Below, in pieces: positions 27,232 through 32,000 of a DNA stretch of 32,000 nt. The notes under the pieces were generated by a model. That model searched no databases. It was given only the letters and a program-made list of their open reading frames with translations, and was not told the origin of the DNA. How positions within the stretch are numbered: position 1 is the first letter of the stretch; each line of letters begins with the position of its first letter. The stretch is from contig OY780959.1 of NCBI GenBank assembly GCA_963675915.1, positions 2,370,001-2,402,000 on the forward strand. Reading direction: 5' to 3'. Made by a program: the position numbers and the translations under genes. This DNA is from Coprobacillaceae bacterium (lineage in GTDB: Bacteria > Bacillota_I > Bacilli_A > Erysipelotrichales > Coprobacillaceae).

Positions 27232-27999
27232 ATGGAAGTTATCTATTGTAAAAAAGGTGAACAAAATATATTTGGGCAGGCGTATATTCCCGAAGGTGGA
27301 GCAGGCAAATATCCGACGGTTATAATTAGTCATGGATATGGTGGCAGTTATCAGGAAATGAAGGAATTTGGTGAATTCCTGGTGAATTACGGAATTGCCA
27401 GTTACGTTTTTGATTTTTGCGGCGGTTCGAATAATTCGAGAAGTGACGGCAACATGCTGGAAATGTCGGTTATCACTGAGATGGATGATCTCAATGCCGT
27501 TATTGATCAAGTCAGAGATTTAGATTTTGTCGATCAGGACAATATTTTCCTGCTTGGGGAAAGTCAAGGCGGTCTGGTTACCGCTCTAGTTGGAGAGGAG
27601 CGCAAGAATGAGGTCAAAGGGCTGATTCTGCTCTATCCGGCCTTTAACATTCCCGAGTATTCAATGGAGCCGTATGCGAGTCTGGATGAGGTTCCTTCGG
27701 TTGTGAATATATTGGGATCCAATGTCGGTAAAGTCTATTTTGAAGACATCCTTAAAATTGATATCAACAAGGCAATTACCGGTTATTCTAAAAATGTTTT
27801 GATTGTTCATGGTGACTGTGACGGATTGGTCCCGATTGAAAATTCCTATCAGGCTGTAAAAAGTTATCATGCTGCTAGTCTGGAAATCATCAATGGAGCC
27901 GAACATGGTTTCTACGACCATGAAGTTGACCAGGCAGCTTCGGTCATCCTGGATTTTATTCGGGACAACGTGCCTGAATTACAAAGAAGAGAGGATTAA
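27232..27999 (+). CDS. alpha/beta hydrolase (S9/BAAT-like serine hydrolase)
   Basis: 255 aa. GGAGGT lies 8 nt upstream. The nucleophile elbow is GESQGG. Late VHGDCDGLVP (Asp) and GAEHGF (His) segments complete the triad. Confidence 0.8.
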   Translation: MEVIYCKKGEQNIFGQAYIPEGGAGKYPTVIISHGYGGSYQEMKEFGEFLVNYGIASYVFDFCGGSNNSRSDGNMLEMSVITEMDDLNAVIDQVRDLDFVDQDNIFLLGESQGGLVTALVGEERKNEVKGLILLYPAFNIPEYSMEPYASLDEVPSVVNILGSNVGKVYFEDILKIDINKAITGYSKNVLIVHGDCDGLVPIENSYQAVKSYHAASLEIINGAEHGFYDHEVDQAASVILDFIRDNVPELQRRED

Positions 28000-28037
28000 T
28001 GTTTGGGCTGTTAAGCCGATTTTTCATTTGTTAATCA

Positions 28038-28073
28038 GAAAAACAGCAAAGCCACCAGGTTTTGCTGTTTTTG
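28038..28073. terminator. bidirectional terminator between convergent genes
   Basis: AAAACAGCAAA-gccaccaggt-TTTGCTGTTTT, flanked by A- and T-runs. Confidence 0.75.
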
Positions 28074-28091
28074 AATATTAAATAGTTGGAG

Positions 28092-29990
28092 TTAAAGACA
28101 GGAAACCAGGATCTCGATGAACTCGTTATAATCGCGGCACTTGATCAATCGGGCAATGTTTTCAGGTGAGGTGAGAATTCGAGTCAAAGGCTCGAAAACC
28201 TGATTGAAAAGTAGTCGGTCATCGGGCTTGAAACACATCAGCATGACAATTTGAACCTGGTGTTCACCCCAGTTGATTGGTTTTGGGGTGATGGAAGTAT
28301 GAATGGCGGTTTGGTTGGCCTCCATTTTCATTGTATGAGGCACCGCGAAACGGCCATAAGCAGTAGAGGACATTTGTTCACGTTCCCATACCTTCGTGGT
28401 AAAATCCGGTTGGACATATCCGGCTCTAAGCAAAACATTGCAGCTATGTTCGATGATTTCACTTTGAGTGTGGCAAGGGGGATTAATCTCGAAGAGATGC
28501 CGATCAATGATATTGCAAAGGTTGGCTCTGAATTCATTTTTTTCCCTGATGAGTTTGATTTCTTTGATCTTGCCTTGAAGATTGTCAATATCGCGTTGCT
28601 GAAGAAAAATATTCAAATGGATGAATTGCGTCAAACCAATTCCATTTGCCGGGATGGTGGAAATGATCAGGTCGACAGCATCATCTTGGGCCGCTTCTAG
28701 ACTATTGACGATGTTTTTAATCAATAACTGGTTGGAGAAGTGCAAATTGATTTTTTGAATCAAGTTATGGCCCATGTCGTAATAGTTGGGACAACAAAGG
28801 CAAGCAGTCACTTTATTATGAATTTCTTTTTGAACTTCAATCGCATTGCCGATATGGAAAGCAATATAGGCGATTTCGTCATCGTTGATATCAATTCCGG
28901 TCTCTTTCTGGATGATACCTGAAATGTAGACGGCGGCATCATATATCAAGGGGCATCCGGATTTTATCTCGTTTACCAAAGGGTTTTTCGACAAGTAGCG
29001 GTTTTTCGAACGGATAATCAAATTTTTAATATGCAGAGCGAATCTGGCTTTGAATTCTGATTCATCCAAATCAATATAATAGACTGAGCGCAACGAGTTT
29101 ATCAGTCGTTCGACCAGTGTTATCAACGAAAAATCGAGATATTCATAGATGTTGCTTTCATTGATATTGAGATAATTTATGGATGTGACCCGCGACATCA
29201 ACAAGATAGCCAACTGACTGATTTCATTGGAACTAAAATCAATCTTAAAACGTCTTTCAAGAAGTAGAGCGATTTCCTGGGCCAGTTTTAACTTTGAATC
29301 ATCATGGATCTGGATATCATTGTTGTTGATGGTGGCGTTATTGTTTTTGATGCGATCAACTGAAATTGTGATGTGAAGAATCAGACTGATAAGCGAATAG
29401 TCATTGATGAAATAATAGTTGTTTTTAAAAGCGGTGGTGACCACTTCCTGGATGTAGAAAACATCAATCTGGTCAAATTTTTCTTGAATTGCCCCAAGGC
29501 TGACGAAATTGATATTGCTTTCCTTTTGCAGGATGAAACTTACCAATTTTCTTTTGTTGTTTTCGCGCCCTTCGATTGTGAGAGTATCGTTCTTGTTTTT
29601 GATAGTCAGGTCGTATTTACCGATCATCATTCTGACCTTGTCCAGGTCATTTTTCAAGGTAGCCATGCTCACAAAGAGGTTTTCACTCAACTCATAAGAG
29701 TTTCCGGGTTCCTTGATCAGATGGTTGAGGATGAAAAGGGCTCGCTCCTCACTGGTTTGGGGAATAGAGCCTTCTTTTTGATTGATGATTTCAAGCCCGG
29801 TTTCGCGGTCGATATGGTATCCGGAACTGTCGGATTTGATAGCAGTGGGATATAGGTCGTTGATGTCTTTGACATATGTCTTAACGCTTCTGGGGGAAAC
29901 TCCGAGGGTCACTGCCAAGGCGGATGCTGAAACAGGAGCGTCTTTATCCACAAGGGCCAAAATCAGGTTTTCATATTTTCGATTCAACAT
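28092..29990 (-). CDS. PRD-domain PTS-controlled transcriptional activator (LicR/MtlR-type: HTH, PRD x2, EIIB-like, EIIA-like)
   Basis: The ORF track extends to 30101, but the ATG at 29990 lies 6 nt after GAGGGGGG and gives MLNRKYENLILAL. It has an N-terminal wHTH (LAVTLGVSPRSVKTYVKDI), PRD histidines (FALHIKN, IAFHIGNA), an EIIB-like Cys region (ACLCCPN) and a C-terminal EIIA-2-like FAVPHT. Confidence 0.85.
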   Translation of the reverse strand: MLNRKYENLILALVDKDAPVSASALAVTLGVSPRSVKTYVKDINDLYPTAIKSDSSGYHIDRETGLEIINQKEGSIPQTSEERALFILNHLIKEPGNSYELSENLFVSMATLKNDLDKVRMMIGKYDLTIKNKNDTLTIEGRENNKRKLVSFILQKESNINFVSLGAIQEKFDQIDVFYIQEVVTTAFKNNYYFINDYSLISLILHITISVDRIKNNNATINNNDIQIHDDSKLKLAQEIALLLERRFKIDFSSNEISQLAILLMSRVTSINYLNINESNIYEYLDFSLITLVERLINSLRSVYYIDLDESEFKARFALHIKNLIIRSKNRYLSKNPLVNEIKSGCPLIYDAAVYISGIIQKETGIDINDDEIAYIAFHIGNAIEVQKEIHNKVTACLCCPNYYDMGHNLIQKINLHFSNQLLIKNIVNSLEAAQDDAVDLIISTIPANGIGLTQFIHLNIFLQQRDIDNLQGKIKEIKLIREKNEFRANLCNIIDRHLFEINPPCHTQSEIIEHSCNVLLRAGYVQPDFTTKVWEREQMSSTAYGRFAVPHTMKMEANQTAIHTSITPKPINWGEHQVQIVMLMCFKPDDRLLFNQVFEPLTRILTSPENIARLIKCRDYNEFIEILVSCL

Positions 29991-30171
29991 ATCGTATCCC
30001 CCCTCTTTAATGTGATTATACGGTATTATCCAATTCACTTCTATACAAACAGCATTAATATTCGACAAATCCAAAGATTTGCACTGCCCAAGGGAAAACA
30101 ATTAGTGGAAAGAACAAGTGGCAATGAGCGATAATGAAAATGAGAAATCAGATACTCAAGGAGGGGAAACT

Positions 30172-30483
30172 ATGGAAGAATTAAGAATTTTGATTGTTTG
30201 TGGGTCGGGAGCCAGCTCCGGATTCATGGCAGCCAATATGAGAAAAGCGGCAACGGCCCAAGGTTTGCAGTTAAAAATAACTGCCCGAAGTGAGTCGGAA
30301 ATCGAAAATTATCTGGATGAGATTGATGCACTGATGGTTGGGCCCCATCTGGCTTATATCATGGATGATATCGAAGAATACATCGGCGATACCCAAATTG
30401 CTGTTGTTTTGATGGAACCTGAATATTATTCATTGCTAGATGGTGAAAAGGCGATTGAACATCTTATGAAGAAAATCAGATAA
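30172..30483 (+). CDS. PTS lactose/cellobiose-family EIIB
   Basis: The ATG at 30172 follows AAGGAGGGG. The active-site Cys lies in ILIVCGSGASSG. Confidence 0.85.
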   Translation: MEELRILIVCGSGASSGFMAANMRKAATAQGLQLKITARSESEIENYLDEIDALMVGPHLAYIMDDIEEYIGDTQIAVVLMEPEYYSLLDGEKAIEHLMKKIR

Positions 30484-30497
30484 GCTGGGTAATCGAT

Positions 30498-31715
30498 ATG
30501 GATAAACTGATAAATTTCCTCAACAAGAGGATCGCAGCACCGATGACCAGAATAAATCAAAACACCTGGCTGGTCACCATCAGAGATTCATTCAATCAGA
30601 TCATACCGTTTATTTATCTTGCTTCAGTCTTAGCGATGTTGACAATCCCCGCCCAGGGTATGCACATCGAGTGGTGGCCGGATTTTTGGTGTTTCTATGA
30701 CTGGGCGATTGGACTTATTTCACCGCTAGTGGCATTTTTGATACCATTCAATCTGATGGAAAAAAACCGGTTGAAAAAGTACCGTTTTGTCGCAGGGATA
30801 AGTGGGATGACCCTTTATGGGATAACCGTGGCACCTGAGATTCTGGCCGGATTAGCCAATGGATTTGAGCGAAGTGCATTTGGTCCGGCCGGACTTTTCG
30901 TTGCGCTGATAACTGGAACTATTGCTGGGATGATTATTCGGGCTTTGGGCAAGGTTCGTTTCTTCGGGGAAGATTCTGAAATTCCGGATTTTGTGAGATT
31001 TTGGCCCGAACAGCTAATGCCAATCGCAATTATTGTGTGCGGTGGATACCTGATGGTGGGAATTGCCGGGATTGATCTGGCAGGGCTAATAAATCTAGTT
31101 TTTAGCCCGTTGCAGTTTGTAACTGAGACTTTTTGGGGATTTTTGGCAATTGACCTGTTCATTGTGATTTTGTATTCGATAGGGATTTCGGCTTGGGTTT
31201 TGACACCGATAACAACACCATTGAAACTGGTGGCGATAACCGCCAACAGTTTTGCGGGCGCTTCGAATGTTTTCACCAGTTCATTTCAATATGCCTACAT
31301 GTGTATTGGAGGGACCGGCTGTACTTTGGGTCTGGCATTATTGTTTTATTTTTCTAAATCAAAGCGATTAAGCAAACTGGGAAAGGCGGCAATTGTGCCA
31401 TCGATTTTCAATATTAATGAACCAATTGTTTTTGGAGCTGTTGTCTGGAATCCGATTTTGATGGTTCCGATGATTTTAAACAGTGTCGTATATTGTTCGA
31501 TTGCCTGGATGGGGACCAAGATGATTGGCTTTGCCCCGATTCCGGAGCTGTTGTTCCAGTTTTGGTATCTGCCCTACCCGATTTCGACCTGGTTGGCTAC
31601 TGGTGGTTCATTTACGGCAGTTGTTCTGGTAATGATTATTTTCTTGGCTACGGCACTGGTATGGTATCCTTTTTTCAAAATATATGAAAAAAGCTGTTGC
31701 CAAAATGAGGATTAA
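30498..31715 (+). CDS. PTS lactose/cellobiose-family EIIC permease
   Basis: 405 aa and polytopic. It sits in the B-C-A operon order. The N-terminal P.....N..L..IRD.F pattern is typical of EIIC(Cel). Confidence 0.88.
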   Translation: MDKLINFLNKRIAAPMTRINQNTWLVTIRDSFNQIIPFIYLASVLAMLTIPAQGMHIEWWPDFWCFYDWAIGLISPLVAFLIPFNLMEKNRLKKYRFVAGISGMTLYGITVAPEILAGLANGFERSAFGPAGLFVALITGTIAGMIIRALGKVRFFGEDSEIPDFVRFWPEQLMPIAIIVCGGYLMVGIAGIDLAGLINLVFSPLQFVTETFWGFLAIDLFIVILYSIGISAWVLTPITTPLKLVAITANSFAGASNVFTSSFQYAYMCIGGTGCTLGLALLFYFSKSKRLSKLGKAAIVPSIFNINEPIVFGAVVWNPILMVPMILNSVVYCSIAWMGTKMIGFAPIPELLFQFWYLPYPISTWLATGGSFTAVVLVMIIFLATALVWYPFFKIYEKSCCQNED

Positions 31716-31742
31716 AAAGATTGGATTTATAAGGGGAAAAAT

Positions 31743-32000
31743 ATGGATGAAAAAAATATGCAGATATCGATGCAAATCATATTAAATGCCGGCGATGCGC
31801 GAGCAGCCTGTAAAAAAGCGCTTGATGCTGTCGCAAAAGGGGAATTGGATTTGGCAAAAGAAAGAATAAAGGATGCCCAGGAAAAAATCACTATTGCTCA
31901 CCGGATTCAAACAGATGCAATCCAGGCGGAAACAAATGGTGCTACTCCGGTCTATTCTTTGCTTTTTTCACACGCTCAGGATACTCTGATGACAGTATAT
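31743..32000 (+). CDS. PTS lactose/cellobiose-family EIIA (3' end truncated by the window edge)
   Basis: Hand translation: MDEKNMQISMQIILNAGDARAACKKALDAVAKGELDLAKERIKDAQEKITIAHRIQTDAIQAE...LFSHAQDTLM. This is the helical EIIA(Lac/Cel) signature with the HAQD histidine. AGGGGA SD. Confidence 0.85.
   Translation, partial: MDEKNMQISMQIILNAGDARAACKKALDAVAKGELDLAKERIKDAQEKITIAHRIQTDAIQAETNGATPVYSLLFSHAQDTLMTVY

Noticed and set aside
29991-30171. Sigma-54 (-24/-12) promoter between the PRD regulator and the PTS cel-type operon
   Set aside because: A TTGCA is present (…gatTTGCActg…) but has no properly spaced upstream TGGCA. The regulator also lacks an AAA+ sigma-54 activation domain.

Overview
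This window reads as a chromosomal, low-GC Firmicutes-type segment. Genes are Shine-Dalgarno-led, promoters are TTGACA/TATAAT-like, there are many clean rho-independent terminators, and TAA, TAG and TGA all serve as stops. I can support about 31 protein genes, one decayed pseudogene and two unannotated small ORFs. I see no rRNA, tRNA, CRISPR array, transposase, integrase or phage genes. The content is accessory metabolism. It includes two PTS sugar loci (one beta-glucoside-type, one cellobiose/lactose-type with a PRD regulator) and an ABC-2 exporter with two ATPase genes. It also includes many redox and hydrolase enzymes: an aldo/keto reductase, two alpha/beta hydrolases, an OYE/FadH-like Fe-S flavoenzyme, an SDR, a nitroreductase, a PNPOx-like protein and an AHL-lactonase-like MBL. 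A secreted S8 protease, a NYN/OST-HTH protein and an Fpg/Nei-like protein complete the set. Three items are most worth following up. (1) A TetR-gated operon joins beta-glucoside PTS uptake and 6-P-beta-glucosidase to an ene-reductase and an SDR; it has tandem operators and no BglG/RAT control. (2) A terminator-insulated two-gene cassette holds a long RelA/SpoT-synthetase-domain protein preceded by a 47-codon ORF whose stop overlaps the start (ATGA), which is toxSAS/CapRel-like in layout. (3) A 30-codon hydrophobic peptide gene with a strong SD heads the ABC operon, next to a terpene-cyclase-fold protein of unknown function. All family assignments come from motifs I read in the translations and from memory. 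No searches were run.
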